In this document: piece by piece, positions 1 to 14,949 of the stretch
Position numbering within the stretch: position 1 is the first letter of the stretch
Layout: each line of letters starts with the position of its first letter
Assembly (NCBI GenBank): GCA_030704615.1
Contig: CM060732.1
Coordinates: 45,322,001-45,386,000, forward strand
Length of the DNA stretch: 64,000 nucleotides
Source: Takakia lepidozioides
Taxonomy: Eukaryota > Plantae > Bryophyta
Direction of reading: 5' to 3'
Program-made: the position numbers and the translations under genes
Notes under the pieces: generated by a model
The model's database searches: none
Told to the model about the DNA's origin: nothing
What the model saw: the letters and a program-made list of their open reading frames with translations, nothing else

Positions 1-2602
1 GTTTCTGGTTGTTTCAGAAGGATGGCGCTATTCTTTTGACTCAACCCCAACTTCATTGCCTGCAAAGTATGGGCGTTTCCCCTCTCACATGATTTAAGAG
101 AGAAATTTTGGATTTAACTACAAACTGTAGGCTATTCAATCACTGTGTCACTCTTTTGCACGCCAACTTGTATACATTGTGTGGCACCTCGGACTAGCAG
201 CATGTGTGTGTGTGGGGTTGGAAGTACAAAGTGGAAGAAAGTCATTTTGCAGATGGACCACAGATGATGTCAGAAAAGGCCAGGTCCATTGTAGAGAGCC
301 ACACACAAGTCTGGTAGACCCCTGAATGCCTGTCATCTGCAGATTCTACTTTATCAGCCACAGAGAACGAATGTGCCCATTCAAATTGATATTGTAAGTG
401 TCAGTAGCTTTATAGCAATGCCAAGGTCATGCCCTGTGAATGCTCTGTCCTTGTCATCTCTGACTACTCAACACTCACTGGACAGAGCCCATATGCTCCA
501 GTGGTTTGGTTCAATGCATTGGTCAGCCCTATCAACAGCTTGGCAAAGGCCTGCATCTATGCAATATGACAGTCCTTTTGCCAAGTTGTGTGCTTGTTTT
601 ATGTTCTAATCATCTCTTGTAAGTAATTGCGTATGGAGTAAGCAATAGAAGTGCAGGTTCTGGACTATGAAAGATACAGCCATGCCTAAGCTTGTTGCAG
701 GAGCTGCTGCTACAAACCAAGATTGTGGTACTTGCTTGTTGCAAGAAATTTGCCACGAGAGACCTGAGCAGGATTGATAGAGACAGCTGTTACGAAGGAG
801 GACAGCCCTCCCAAACAGCATGTGCAGTCAAATCTGTTAAGACTGAGAACAGCAAACATGAGGATGTATGTTTTAGTGTGCTAATCCTCACACTTGTACT
901 CAGGTTTGATCACTTGGAGGATGAAGTAATGGACTGTACAGCACCTGCAGTGAACAATCAACAGGAGCTCTCAACTCCCATCAACCAATCTTTGTAGTTA
1001 TTTGCTGAGGTCCACAGTGGCACACAAGAGGGATGCTGCAAAATGGGCCATCAGCAAAAGCGTTTGGCTGAATTAACATTACAATGCGCCATTGGCAGCT
1101 TCAGATTTTACAGCAAGGAACAAGCACATTGCAGCTTGTGGTGAAATAAGTGAAGGTGCAGGTAGGGAGGAGGTAAGAGGCAATCATAAATCTGGGCAAT
1201 GTGGCTATTGCATGGTAATCTTGCAACAAGGGATGGAGAGGAGCACATGGCAAAGGATAAAGACAACTCTTGCATCTTCGATCCTTAGAGTGGGAAGGTC
1301 TTAAAATAGGTAGGGAGGAGTAAGAGAGTCACGAATTTGAGCATGATGGCTACACCATGACATACTATGGTGAGCCTAGGGGCCAACCTATGCATCTTTA
1401 AGGAAGGCCATGCTGAGGTGGGGGGTACATTCCTCTCAAGGTAGAACATTTCAACCAAGTTGTGAAGGGAAACTTTCAAAATTTGGTGATACGTCAAGAC
1501 GTCCGGTTCTGCTCAGTTCTTTAAGTGATACAACTATCCTGTAGCAAAATTGCAGTGTTAGACAGTTAAGAAATCTGGGCCCAACACTACTGATGAGACA
1601 TGAGACCCTCTTTCCCTGTTGCAATGACGTGTCCATCCATCCGGCAAAACTCCTGATAATAGCCACACCTTAATACTCTAAAGCTTTTAGTCCGCATGCC
1701 CACAATCTCTAATTGGGTCTAGTAGTCATCAGCTGGAATGATGGATTGACTGGGGCAACATAGAGCATATGAGTGACTGCATTTAAGCTTATGTAACATC
1801 CCAAAAATCCAATATTTCAGTAAATCAGAACCGCTTACCAATTTTTGCCTCTAAACCGATTGTCTTACTGAAATACAAACCCTTCCAGACCACTATGGCC
1901 TACGTTTTACCATGCAGGTTTTCATGCAAGTGCCCGTTGTAGTGCCACAGTTGCTGGATTGTACCACTGATCAGCCAGAGGTTCCAAATAGGAATTTCAA
2001 TGGAGGAATTGTCATGTAAACATTCCAATCGGCCAAGTCCTCACTTTTGCATTCCCACTTGGACTTATCCAAGTCTCAAAGAGACACACAGCAAGGCTCA
2101 CTGGCTGAACGCAGAAGTTTACGTCCCAGGGCTTGGACAGGTTGGCTCATGTGTGTTTGATTCCAGTTTAGATATGGATTCTTTGTAACCTTTGGCTGCT
2201 TGATCAACCAGTTTGAATCAGCATTGCACCACCCACTTGGAGATGCAAATCCCCACCTGCTCATTAGAGCTGCAGTTTGACAGTGCAACAGTCCTCTGGA
2301 GATACCCATCTTTTTTCCATAACAAGGATCATTTGCCCTGAGGGCTGTGCTTTGGGTTCCACATATATACAGTAGAGAAGAGAAAGCAAAATTGTACAAC
2401 CTTCTACTTACAATCAACCCTAGTTGAAGCTTATGCAAAATGTTACACACTGGATGACCTGAAGCAAAAGAATCACTCATAGGGTACCCTTGTCACCTAG
2501 TCAAAAGCCCCTGTCAAAAACTCATCAATCTATCAATAAGCTGTTCATTAGATGTCATGCCAAAAATACTGACATGTCACAAAAAGAGAGAGCATTGCAG
2601 TT

Positions 2603-4271
2603 TTACTTTTTAGAAACGTAGGCATAGTATTGAGCCATTGGCACCACAAAAGCAATAACGAGGAGGCCACCAACCACAATGGTGAATTGACCTCTTTTCT
2701 CCTCTGTTTCCTCCTTCGTCTTAAAGTTCGACTCCCGCTTACTCTGTTGGAATCTGGGGCCTCCAGGGTCTTCCAACCCATCAAGGGCCGCCACCAGGCG
2801 CTTTGCTGTGCTGTAGATTGCCTCATTGTACTTCTCATCAGTAGCCAGGACAGGTAGATTCTCGGAAGTAACAGCTTCTAGAATTTTATCCCCCACAGCT
2901 TTTGTAAATGCAGGCCCGCCGGTCACAGCCCCTTCTTTCTGAGTTGTCACTAGAAGTACAACACCCTTCTTGTCCCCTTCCTCAATAGTGGGATACCATT
3001 TCTCCAGCACCTGGATTCCCTTCAATTTAGAATTCGTAATTGCTATACTGATACATTTGACTACAACTATGCCTCTGAAATGTTTTTTGTTATTTCTGGT
3101 TCTACATTTATTTCACATACAGAAGAGCTGCTCTCCTCGGATTTTGGTTCCACTAGCCATGTGGCTGTAGAACCTGGCGTGTTGATTAAGAAGCCAGGAA
3201 TGTGTTGTTTTGATGTTTTGTACTGTGACCTCACAGATTTACAGGAGGCCAGAGCATCAATGCGATGCAAATTTCATGCCTAGGAGGGGGCAGGCTTTGA
3301 ATATTGTCTCGAGGCATTCAAACGGAGTGAAGAGGGGTGTAGTGACAATCTTAGGATGCTTGCAAAGAGGACTTCTTCCAAAAAGATTACCCATCATGCC
3401 CCAAGATCAGGAACGTTGGGTCCCCTTTTCTCCAGCTCGGTTAGCTCACTGTTCCGTGGCGAGGAGCAGCCTAATCTACTCTGCGAGTGGGGAGTACTCC
3501 CACCTCAGTAAACATAGAATATGCCAAGGAGAAGCATAAACGCCAGATGCTGGACAGGGATGCATGGACAATTCATATCAACATTGCAGCACCTGGTCGG
3601 CGAATTCGAATGCGTCAGCTTTGCTAGTGAGCTTCCGGAGTGTGATGAAATTGATGTGATAGCCCTTCCTTTCTTCCAGATCCCTCAACAAGCGCTTCAA
3701 ATCCGATTTTGTAACCCGGTTTAGCACACTGGCATCGTCAACCACAAAAGCCTCGGTGGGCGGGCTATCGTTGAGCACATTGAATTCGCTCGCTTGCGCC
3801 GAGGAAGTCATGCCAGGGGCAAGATTCAATAGAGCGGAGAGGGCCAATGCGCTTAAACCTGTGCCCACAGCCGCGGCTGTTCTGCCGAGTGCCTCGCTGA
3901 CACCTATCCGTTCGGACTCCATAGATGCCCTCGCCGAGCCAGAGCGCCTGCTTACTCGCAATGCTGTGGAGATTGTAGGACCTCCTGCACCTGTCCCACC
4001 ATACCTGATCACGTAAGGTTCAAATCCAACTAGCACTCGTCAACACTCCACCGCTCATCTGTCACTGATCAGCATGTCTACCTCCATCTTCAAAATCTCA
4101 CATGCCTTAATGCTGTCTGAGATGCACAAAAAGATACAAAGGTCTCTTACCCAAGAAAGGAAACTGAGCTACAGTCTTCACGGAAGAGGGTGAACAAACA
4201 GCTGGAGACGCAGCAACGGTGCACGTTCCGATTGCTGTGGAGCTCCCGCACGCCATTACCTCCGCCATCAT
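2603..4271 (-). CDS. TLP18.3: Thylakoid lumen 18.3 kDa protein (TPM-domain / UPF0603 family), 3 exons (~4271-4151, ~3963-3593, 3010-2603)
   Basis: Translated exons contain AQA-SEFNVLND..VVDDASVLNRVTKSDLKRLL..KADAFEFADQ|VLEKWYPTIEEGDKKGVVLLVT..ESNFKTKEET..C-terminal TM FVVPMAQYYAY. Introns are GT-AG with compatible phases. The exon 2 acceptor is the best of several candidates. Confidence 0.93.
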
Positions 4272-7200
4272 CGTCACACACCCAGCTGCCCTCCCTAATT
4301 CAACCGTGCCCACCTTCAATCCTCTCTCCCTCGGAAGCTCAAAACTTGTCTGCAGGCTCTCGCAAGGATATAGTGTAAGCGAACGTGCTTTGAACACATG
4401 TCGTACTCAGATTGCCTCTCGGAGCCCAACAAATCAAACAAAAGCTATACCGGAGCCAATCATAATCGAGGCCATGTGATGTTGCTCTTTCCAGGCGCCA
4501 TTTCCCTACTCGTCCCCATGTACTTTGGGTAGCGACCAAACCTCGGTGATGATGCAACAGCAGGTCTATGCTTTGTAATCAAACTTAATGTCGGCAATTT
4601 GGGCTTTACACTAACCAAAGTTGTGATTTGTCTACTGAACTGCCGCATGGAGAAGATGGGTTGTCTGCACATTGTGAAGGTAAGTATACAGTTCTCTATT
4701 GTGTCAGCTTGTTCGTGGAGCGACGGTGCTATTCATTCATGGAGGACTACACATTTAACTCTGCGCTCCTTCTGCTAGGGTACACAGAAATGGATGTTCC
4801 AGTTGTGATGAATCACTTCTACTCCGGTTTCACTCAAAATGTTTCCTGAGATGCTATATGATCAATACATTTATGGTGGTGCCAGCACCAATGTATGTAA
4901 ATAGTGTGCTGGGCTGCCTGGTCAACATGTCATCGCTTTAAGTGAGGCACTTCAGCTTTCTTTACCTGTAGCATTCTGTTGTCAGTGTTTCAGTGCTTTG
5001 CGAATCAACAGTCTCTTAGTTTTCCTGTGTTTGTATTATTCCGTCCCAATGTTGTTACGGCCTACTGCAGATTTGAACGACTGACTGGTGTGCCTATAGC
5101 CAAGGGTGTGTCTTGGCCATATAGTAAGTAGCTTCCTCAGGGGATGGAGGTGTGTGTGAAGCAGTGTGGGTTTGTATGTCTGTATCTGTACCAGAGGATA
5201 TGTATATTGTTCCCTTGTCATAGTAAGGGAAGTAAGGCAAAGTTCTACCACTTACTACTCGAAATGGAAACCGTTCCCTTGCAGCAGACCAAAATTAATT
5301 CGCATTTTTGAGGAGGGACTCCGATATCAGGTCTCAAGTCTCAACCCTATTCTTTTTCTTTTCCATCTCTGTTAAGTGTGTAATGCTCTCTGTGGGCCTT
5401 CTGTGGGAGTAAGAAATTTCTTGAATGGCAGAAGCCTTCAGTTTTTAGGACTAGAAGTGCCTGGCAGCCTACCTGCACAAGGCACGTCTTCTCGGAGTGA
5501 CATTTCTTGCTCTGCTTTGTGCCATTCTTTTCTTTCTTCTCTGTCCTTTCTCTTGTGCTAGTGTGGCCTCCCATGGACATTAAATTCTGTCTTCTGTTCT
5601 TATTCTCTTTCCTCACTTCTGCCAGCCCTCTAGACTCTCTGCGACTAAGCACTGCCACATCTGAAGCCACATTATCAAGCCAAATTAAGCACTACAGTAG
5701 CATCAAATCAACATTGTGTTTTCTAGCATGATGTCTAAACCAGCTTACACAGTGAATTTTCAATGGCGTCACCCAAGTGCCCTGGTGATTTTGGCAAAAT
5801 AGCCTGCTGGGCTGAAAACCCTCGAGGTCCTTATTAGTAGTGTCTGGGTCCGTAGTATTCGTCAAAGATAGGGGTTTTTGCTTTGTGGCAGATGTGTCCG
5901 CCACATGCTGACCATAATGCAAACAAGCAATAATGAGGAGATTACTACCTCTGACTCCCGGTATATTCCCATATATTGCTCCATGCATTGTCAAATGCTT
6001 TGAAGTAGCCTTGAAGGCTTAGGACACTCAAGAAATGTTCTTCCTGGGATCTTTGGCCACTACTTTGTCTAATGTGGTTGCCACATAGAGGCACCTACGG
6101 GAATTCAATTGGTAGGAAACTGAAGACTGTTTTCAAAGCAAGTGCGAGAAGAATCAAATCCAGACCACATTCCTGTTGAAGTGGAAGCAATGTAGGAATT
6201 TCAGTCCTTTGGATGATGATGAATCAAAGTTAAAATCATACAAATGGTTTGTATTCCCTGTGCTTGTTTGGCTAGCTGCTGATTGAATGCAGGTTTGAAC
6301 AACTGCATGATCTGGTCGTGGGCAATGTAAGTTCAACATGCACCTTACAAAAAATCGTGGCCACCTTCTTTGTTAGTATCCCTTTCGTATTGCTGCACTT
6401 CTTATGAAGCTGTTGATAGAAACAATTGGAGATTAATTCTACATCAATGTACATAGTTCATTCAGCATCGGAAAGGTGCATAACAGTGGGAAATGGGGAG
6501 TCAACATGAGGTGGTAGGTCTTGGGTACCTCATTTTACCAGAACTGCTTGATATCCAATGATGATAGGTGTGTTCGGAACTAGCCAGACGTCCAATGGTG
6601 CTTGCAGTAAGTTAATTATACAAGATTTCAGGTTTACATCCCATAAACCCTAAGCCTTGAATGTGAGAAGATCAATCTCCAAGGTAGTCATTCATGCAGA
6701 TGTTATACCCAACTTGCAACAAGAGGTGATAATATCAGCAGAACAGGGGCTGCCTCCACAAACTGGAAAGCAGTGGGCTCTTTGCCAGCACCTCATTTTA
6801 TGTGGGCTCCCTAAATGTTGGATGGACACCCCTCTCTGAATTGCTTGTGGTTTGCTATGGTTGGACCAGCCATCACCATTATCTGTGTTGCTGCCACCAC
6901 TGGAGAGAGAGCACTGGTCACCAAGAAGCTCCCCAGCTCCACCATGTCGCTAGATTTCTCGTATTTATGGTTGCAGATTTGATGACAATGCTCCAAGACC
7001 CATGACTCTTGGAGTTCAATATTGGCTTCATTGCGCTGGTCGGGGCTCTTGGAAACACAATACATGGCTTTGGCTATGAAGCTGCTCATGGCCGGTACCA
7101 TTGAATTAGACACCTCACACAAGTCTGGAAATTTTGCCCCCCTAAACAATTCTCCGTTGCTTCTTAATAGATGCTAGATTTTGGATTTATGGACGGTTAT

Positions 7201-7744
7201 CAACCAGTGGTATTCCACTTGTAGTACCACCTGGTTACCAACACGGTATATACAATTTAATTCAAATCATGAAAGGTGGAAGTTAATTCAAGGTGGTAAC
7301 CAGAACATCTGTCCTTCAATTTATAAGCATACCTGAAAAGAGAGTAAAGAATTTGTTGCAAAATCCCTTTGCATTACACATATACGTATTTTGGAGATAT
7401 ATGTAAAATCAAGAGAAAACCCCCCTTACCACTTTCCAGTAGGCCCAAAATTTTGCTAGCTGGCTTTGATGCAATGTTCTTGTCCCTATTATAGCTTTCA
7501 GCCATGGGGGCTTTGCCTGCGTGTCACCCTATCATTGTTGATGTTCCCTCATGGATTCCTCAGTCTAGTTATATTGACAAGGGCTTCTATCTGTTGGAAA
7601 TCAACTCATTATCATTTTACGTCTACTTAGAATTACTGAGATAGTAAGTCACAGTGCAATAATAGCAGTGCTAATATTGATTAGCCTCAACTAGCTTAAG
7701 CTGGAAATGATTCAAGTCAGAGTACCAGAATAGCAGTTGGATTT

Positions 7745-8075
7745 TAACTCAAAGTTGACCATGCGGTTACACTGAAATACCACGAAACCAAGACATTTAT
7801 GCTCAACAGACTCTCTGAGGCCTCCTAGAATCAGAATTGTCCGTATGTGCTAGAATGGAATTCAGGGTTTCACATTCAAAGTCAGCCACGGCTGGTTGTA
7901 CAACTGGTGGATTCAAACAATCCATCATTGAATTCAGCAATGACAGCAGTATTAAAACATCATACTCATGTATTAAAGTTTCATCCTGATCTCTGCCCAC
8001 ATGATCCATCGGACACTTCATGCCTTTGAAACGAGGATCAAACATCAAATCCAACATGCTATGGGTCTTCGTCTT
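7745..8075 (-). mobile_element. Degenerate hAT-type transposase C-terminal remnant
   Basis: ORF 7803-8057 begins (H)MLDLMFDPRFKGM, resembling the hAT LDPRxK motif. No intact transposase nearby. Confidence 0.45.
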
Positions 8076-8923
8076 ATTGATACAAATGACAAAAAAGACG
8101 AAAAACAGTGATCACCTCTATCATCATACAGCCATATAGAATCTCAATTTCCTTGTCAAAGCCACCACAGTGTAGAGGGGGCTATATTAGAACTGGCTGC
8201 CGGTATGCAACATTCATCCTCCCCATAATGGCCATGGCAACAAACAATGCATCATTCAAAAGCCAGTAAACCCTTCTCTAATTCAACAAACATTGATGTA
8301 TGATATGGGTTATGGAATTAGTTATTAACCATGGGATGGCCCAAGTTACACCAATTTTTTTATTTTTATTTTTTTTAAAGAGAAAGGGGACGGAGGCCCT
8401 TTTACTAATATAACAGCAGGTGGAAAAAATAACCACCTAGGAAGGCTGTGAAGGCTAACTGAGGGGGAACTTCCCCGGAGCCAAAGCTAACTTGCTACAT
8501 GAGGTGCTAGACAGGGGGAAGATTGTTGGTAGCTAGAAGGTAAGAACGAGCATGCTGGATTATGGTTCCAAAGGGGGCAGCGAGAGCGGGGTGGTGGAAT
8601 CAGTGGCAGAAGAAGAAGAAGTAAGCCCAAACGAGAAAGGCGAGCTGACTGCCGAGGCTTTTGCAGGCTGTCTGCATTCTACCTGCTTGACAGAGGCAAA
8701 TTAGGTGTGCCCCAAATCAGCAATGGAGATCAAAGTAATGTCACTGAAGCACTTATGCGCTTCCAATAGGAGCCACTGTTTAAGCAGGGAACATCCTATG
8801 AAGCACACGTAAAAGAGCTAAAATCGAAGCTGAGTTCGGGACTTTGTAACGCGAGCCTTCTTACACCACTTGAAACTAGAGCTTGCAACAATGTGTTGCT
8901 CTGTCCCATATAACAAATGTTAA

Positions 8924-9190
8924 TTCTAGTGACAACCCAAGGTCGGAAGCTAGTTTAGCGTAGAGCAGGAATAGGGTACCTTAGTGCTATGTCATCGTCG
9001 CCACGTTTCGTAGACACGTCATCGTAGCCATGGCATCGTAGCCATGTCATCGTCGTCGTCAAAGTTTTTATATCTGCCCGGATTGCCCGCCCGAAAATCC
9101 CAAAGCGCCAAGTTTTTTCGGAACGTGCCCGGATTGCCCGGTTCTTGAAGTTCTTGAACTGCAGGAGCTCTGCGTTTTCCGCCATCGTTC
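8924..9190 (+). repeat. Dispersed repeat, copy 1 (inverted relative to copies at ~24.6 kb and ~40.7 kb)
   Basis: ggtcggaagctagtttagcgtagagcaggaatagg is the reverse complement of cctattcctgctctacgctaaactagcttccgacc at ~24690-24724. Confidence 0.85.
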
Positions 9191-9249
9191 ACGTTGCAAG
9201 CTGCAAGCACTCAACAGTCTCGCTGCTCAATGCAAACCGTGGCTTTTCC

Positions 9250-10580
9250 CTCAACGATCTTTGATCACGTGGAATATAATGTTGGCAGGATTTACCGAGC
9301 ATGGGATGCTTTGGAGACCTATGAGCACATGATGCGCAAAGGGGTGAAGCCCAGCCACATCACGTTTGTTTGTGTTTGCAATGCGTGTGCAAAAAGGGGA
9401 AAGAGGTCGGATTTTCGAGCACAAACGTCTACCTTGGAGCACGGAGCAGAGTTGGCATGAGTTTTTTTAAACATCCTTCACGATGGTGGGACAATCGCAA
9501 TCGCAAGGTGTGACTTTTGCTTAATGTACCATGTGAAGAAATTTTTCCATCGTGCAGATGCTCAAAGTTCTTTTGATCACGTGGAATATAATGTCGGTCA
9601 AACCCTCCTTGGGTGAAAGCGGAGCTGGCGACCTTTATACCTTGTCAAACATATTCTGCTTATGATTCTACTGTTGATGTACACCTTGGCGCTCAATGTC
9701 AGGAATCCAAAACGTATTGTCTTTGAGATTTCCAACTAAAATAGATGGAATTGCTACAAAATGTTTTCAAAACATTTTTAAGAAACCTGCTCTAGAAATC
9801 ATTCATTTGAGTATTTTGTCAGAGTGTGGCGACAACAGTACTTTGGAGTCATGCAGGCTAGCAGGGTTGGATCAAGCTCAATTGTTTGCTGGACATCTGA
9901 CTGCTAAGAGGGGTAGGACCTTCACTATCACCACTGCTTTGGAAAGAGGACCAAGAGATGAAGTCAACAAGGGCTTTCCGGGCACTTGTGGGTATGTAAG
10001 GACCATGTGTAAGGCAGGACAATTGAAAGAGGCGCTGCACATTTTGCACCAACAAGGCATTGTGGCCAACTCAAATACTTATATCTGCAGGAGTGCATCA
10101 ACCTGAAAAAACTAGAAGAGGGAAAGCAGGTGCATGCCCATATTATTCAAAGAGGACCCAAGCCAACCATCTTTCTACTCAACAACGTTATCAACATGTA
10201 CATCAAGTGCGGGAGCCAAGTGGACGCACGCCAAGTATTCCATCAAATGCTGAACGAGATATTCATATATGGACGAAGATGATGGCAGGTTGTGTCAAGC
10301 ATGGACATGTTGAGGAGGCTCTCAAAATCTATGAGCAATTGCGACATGAAGGCGTGACACCAAATAGGGTCACATTCATTTGCATCCTCAATGGTTGTGC
10401 CAGCGGAGGAGCCCTGGAAAGGGGCAAAGAGGTTCAATGTGCTGATATCCTTAAAGCTGAAATTGCATCTGATATCATTTTGGAGAATACCCTTGTTGAC
10501 ATGTATGCCAAATGTGGGAGCATGAACGATGCACATCAAGTGTTTGATAATACGGCTGAACGGAATGTGGTGTCATGCAG
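9250..10580 (+). pseudogene. PLS-class PPR gene fragments, frameshifted and truncated
   Basis: MCKAGQLKEALHIL, VTPNRVTFICILNGCA, ENTLVDMYAKCGSMNDAHQVFD and GVKPSHITFVCVCNACA are spread over several frames. Confidence 0.85.
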
Positions 10581-11559
10581 TCAAATCCAGATGCCAGGTT
10601 CTGACAGTAAAACCTAGTGGGTGACGTGTAGGCAGCACAGTATGATGTGGATGCGACGTGGCTATGACGTGTAGTAAAGTAGTTTAACTGAATTATAAGG
10701 TGGATGCATGACGTGTAGTGAGTGGCTTAAGGGCAGAGTGACGTGGATGCATGACGTGTAGTAAAGTGGTTTAACTGAAGTGGAACATATTGACTATGTT
10801 CCATGATGTTTAGTATACGGTTTGACTATAAATCAGTGATAGTGAGTTTGCTTGACTTTGTATATTGTAATATTCTACTGTGAAGCAGTAAAAGAGGACA
10901 CATTTTAGTAAATATGTTTCACTCTAGAGGTGTATATACATATATACATATAAATATAATAATACATATATATATGAATTGGGAGGCTTTTTATTTAATA
11001 TTTGGTTTTTTTTTTGTTTATTACTGTTATTTCGTTTTTTTCATTTACTTTTAGTTTATATCTATACATATGTGAATTAGTGGATACTCGCTGGTTCCGG
11101 GTATTGGCGGTGTGAGGTTGTGGACATACCATCGGAGATCAATACTAGATTTATTTAGGATTTTACGTACCCGGGGATTCATTATCAAAATTATTAGACA
11201 ACATATCAATAACAATCAAACATGGATGATAACCTATTGTCATCTTGTATTTAATTTTTTTGATTCGCTGCACTACATTGAAAATATATTACAAATACAA
11301 CAAAACATAGAATACAAATACAGGTCGGAACCAAAAACATTTGGATGGCTCAAAACTGGTTTTATATCAAGAGTGATTTGCAGAACAAGTTTTGCCCACA
11401 TTCTACAAATGACCAACATGAGGGCCATGTTGCCATATCCATAGATCACTGCCCAACTGAAGTCATTGAGTAAGGATAATCTGCTGTGCAGCTAGGTCCA
11501 GCACTATCGTGGACATGTCAAGAGAACATTAGAAATCATTTTGAGAATAAATTCAGGTA

Positions 11560-11847
11560 GTTCCAGAGAATGGTGGTGCCAGCTACCTTGTCACCCAAAG
11601 TGACATCCACTTCCATGGCTGCCTTGAAATACATATCCACCAAGGCAGTGTTTAGAGTGACAACTCCAGCTTTGACGATGTCATCATGGACCTTTGTGCC
11701 CTTTTGATGGCTGCCAGGCTCACATTTGACATAGATGTACACCAGGGGAATGTTCAGAATGACATCTGGTACAATTCCAGCTTGGATAATGTCACCATAA
11801 ACCTCTTTGCCCCTTCCCAGGGCTGCTAGGCTCGCATATCTACCCAT
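11560..11847 (-). pseudogene. PPR fragment
   Basis: ASLAALGRGKEVYGDIIQAGIVPDVILN and LNTALVDMY motifs, no full ORF. Confidence 0.75.
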
Positions 11848-13887
11848 GCAGGTTTCGTGTAGCTATCCTTCCACAGGGAATCATAGGTAATCTGGAGCTT
11901 GAAATTCGGCCCTCTTGGATGAATCTGGACCCACACTCTATCCCTGCTCCTTCAGCTATCCAGACCTCTGCACAAATCATGCACACATCCTTGCCTTGCT
12001 GCAGCTAGCAGCTGACACTGACGCCCTAACCCTACCTATAATAACATGTCAAAATCACTCCAAAACCACCATAGATCCACCAACGAGCTTCTCCTAATCT
12101 ATGTTATCTGTTTTTGGATACTTTCCTGCTGCCACATCGGCAATAACTTGTCAAAGTCACTCCTAACCACCACAGATCCACCCAACGAGCTAACTTACAG
12201 AATTCAATATGCATCTCAGGGCCGAGTCTGATGAGAGGGTAAAATAGGCAGAAATAGGTTGAAGAAGAAGGTGCCCTCACCACATTGTCGACCTTGACCT
12301 TGTGTCATGACCCATGGAGGATTTGACAGACCATCAACCCAAAGATCCTCTTGTGTGTGCTGCTTGTGTCCATCGTCAGGAACTGTCGGATTGGTTTGTG
12401 AGAACAACCACGGTGCAGCTGAGCAGAGATTGAAACACGGCCTGCTAAGACCAAGCTCTCTCTCAAGAACCTTGTAAACATCAGGAAGAATACCAAATCA
12501 TGGTACTAACAGGAGCCAACAGCCCACATTTACATGATGGACAAACTTCTTCACATCGTACATTAAGAAAAAGCCACACCTTGCGATTGCGGTTGTCGCA
12601 CCATCGTGAAGGATCTTTACAAAATTCATGCCTGCTCTGCTCCGTGCTGCAAATTCAGGGCCGAGTCTGATGAGCGGGCAAAACAGGCTGAAAGACGTCG
12701 AAGAAGGTGCCTTATGTCATTGAGAAACATACCTTCTCTTGAAGGCCTGCAAGAGCTGCGGACAGGACTGCCCCCTACACATCAATAGACAACCCGTATT
12801 GTCAGTAACACGACGACCTTGGAACAGAGTTTAACTTGACATCCTGGGTAGGCCATTGCACCCCTCTAGGACCGGGGCGATTGAGTTCATCAGAGTCAAG
12901 GGTAATAAAGAGAAGTGAAATATTATCTGATAGACCTGATTATCTCCTGCATCCTTTTCTACAGCTACACATCAACAATGTACATTTATGTATGTTGTAT
13001 AAAGACACTTTGTGCTAATATTCTTCAGCTCCCAAATTTCTTACGCTCTCTCAAAACTTAACTCCTGCCCATTTTGTGAGTGAAATCAGGTAAGTATCTC
13101 CCCACATAGTATGCCTCAAAGCAGGTTAGTCAATGAGCCAAATCTGTGGCCTACTTGCAGCACAGTGAATCTACTTTGTTTCACACAAGCAACTGTGAGA
13201 AGCATGATATTCCCAAAACAGGGGGCCTCAAGGACCCCCAGACATGAAATTTTGGATCAAAAAACAGCAAACGTTGCATAGAGACAAAACAGCTCGTGGC
13301 AATGGTGGGGCACTGCAAGTGTTTCATCTTTGGCAGAGGTTGGGTGTATTTTGGTGTGGGTTCCCTTCAAGTCCTCCTCATTGGCTAATTGTGGTAATCT
13401 CCTACTTGATAGATCTAGTGGTTGAAGAGAAGGAACAAGTGAGATCTGCTTGATCCCTCTCTAGACCTGTATTTCTCCTTTCAACTAGCACATTCTACCT
13501 TCTCTCTCTCCTTCTCTCTCTCACACACAATGTCCGCGCATCTATGGCCACAAGGCTACTGCAAACAATGTCTTATCAGTACACTCTCTCATGATAAAGT
13601 TCATTATCCACCTCATTCTTGCCAACTACAAGACCACCTGCCATAGCTTTTGGCAACAACCCATAAAACAGTCACCACCAGTCTGCCAGGCAGGGCATCC
13701 ATCTCAAATATTTCGAAGTTAGATTGTCAACCAACATTGAGGACTCCCAACTGTTGGGACCTATGGCTGCAAGGTTACAACGTCCATGTAAAGGTAAATG
13801 CATAACACTCATGGGTAAGTCCCTGCCATCTAATATATGGCAAAGGGACTTTGTAAAGAATGTAGAAAAGATGGAAGGAGTGATTAC

Positions 13888-13986
13888 CTGAGAGAAACCA
13901 ACAAGGCCATCAAAGGGCCCATGCATCTTCATGTAGTCAGATATGAAAGAGATAGTCTCCCCGACACCTTGAAATTCTGTGAATTC
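13888..13986 (-). pseudogene. Isolated exon of a serine hydrolase (FSH1/OVCA2-like esterase)
   Basis: AG|EFTEFQGVGETISFISDYMKMHGPFDGLVGFSQ|GT, matching the FSH1 GPFDG..GFSQ(G) nucleophile motif. I could not find neighbouring exons. Confidence 0.7.
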
Positions 13987-14949
13987 CTGCTTGCAAAATA
14001 TTCTCAGTGTAAAAAATAATGCACTCACACAGATCCAGTCCAGATTGATTTTACACTAGCCCACAGTTGGGGTTCGGGGAACTGTCTCACCCACCCTGCA
14101 TAACCCTGGCTTCAGCTACATTCATATGCCATCATTGATAAGGAAATCAGAACATGTACATGGCTTACTACCAATTTTCAGACCTTCTAAACACCCTCCA
14201 GTGGGAACTTCGACCCGCATGTGGATGGTTGTAGAGCTTTCTCAAGTGGTGTGAAAATATGCAATGGCATGGTACCCTTTCCAGTGACTTTCTAAGAACT
14301 CCTTCCTCCACAACAGAGGTAATTTAACAGGGCCCAGAACGAGTTATGTGACTATCGCTAGCAAAGAGCTTGCCATGAAGAACACGTCAATGCAAACTTT
14401 GAATATTGTCTTGAGCAAATGGCGCTCGTAAGAGAGACACACCACATTGTCCTCGACCTTGTGTCATGACCCATCGAGGATTTGACTGACCACCTCTTGT
14501 GTGTGCTGCATGTGTCTGTAGTCAGGTAATGTCGGATTGGTCTGCGAGAGGATTGGTCTGCGAGAACCACCACGATGCAGCTGAGCGGGCAGAGATTGAA
14601 ACACGGCCTGCTAAGACCAAGCCGACTCTCCCAAGAACCTTGTAAACATCAGGAAGAATACCAAATCATGGTACTAAGAGCCCACATTTGCAGGATGGAC
14701 AAACATCTTCACATCGTACATTAAGAAAAGCCACTCCTTGCGATTGCGGTAGTCCACCCAAGCTATTGCATATCCTGCAGATCCTCCCACGCCAACACAG
14801 CAAAACGATCAAGTCCCATAACTTACTCATCGCTGAACGCAATCCCGCAACCCTAAATCCATTTTGAATTATTTGGATGAATGTATCCTAGATGGATGGA
14901 TTTTGGGTTTTCCATAAATCTATCCATCCATCCATTTAATTTTCCGTTC

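Noticed and set aside
1-2500. Short ORFs and possible decayed coding sequence
   Set aside because: No recognisable motifs or consistent frame.
6480-7200. Possible decayed gene remnant
   Set aside because: Looks coding-like but is stop-ridden, and I could not assign a family.
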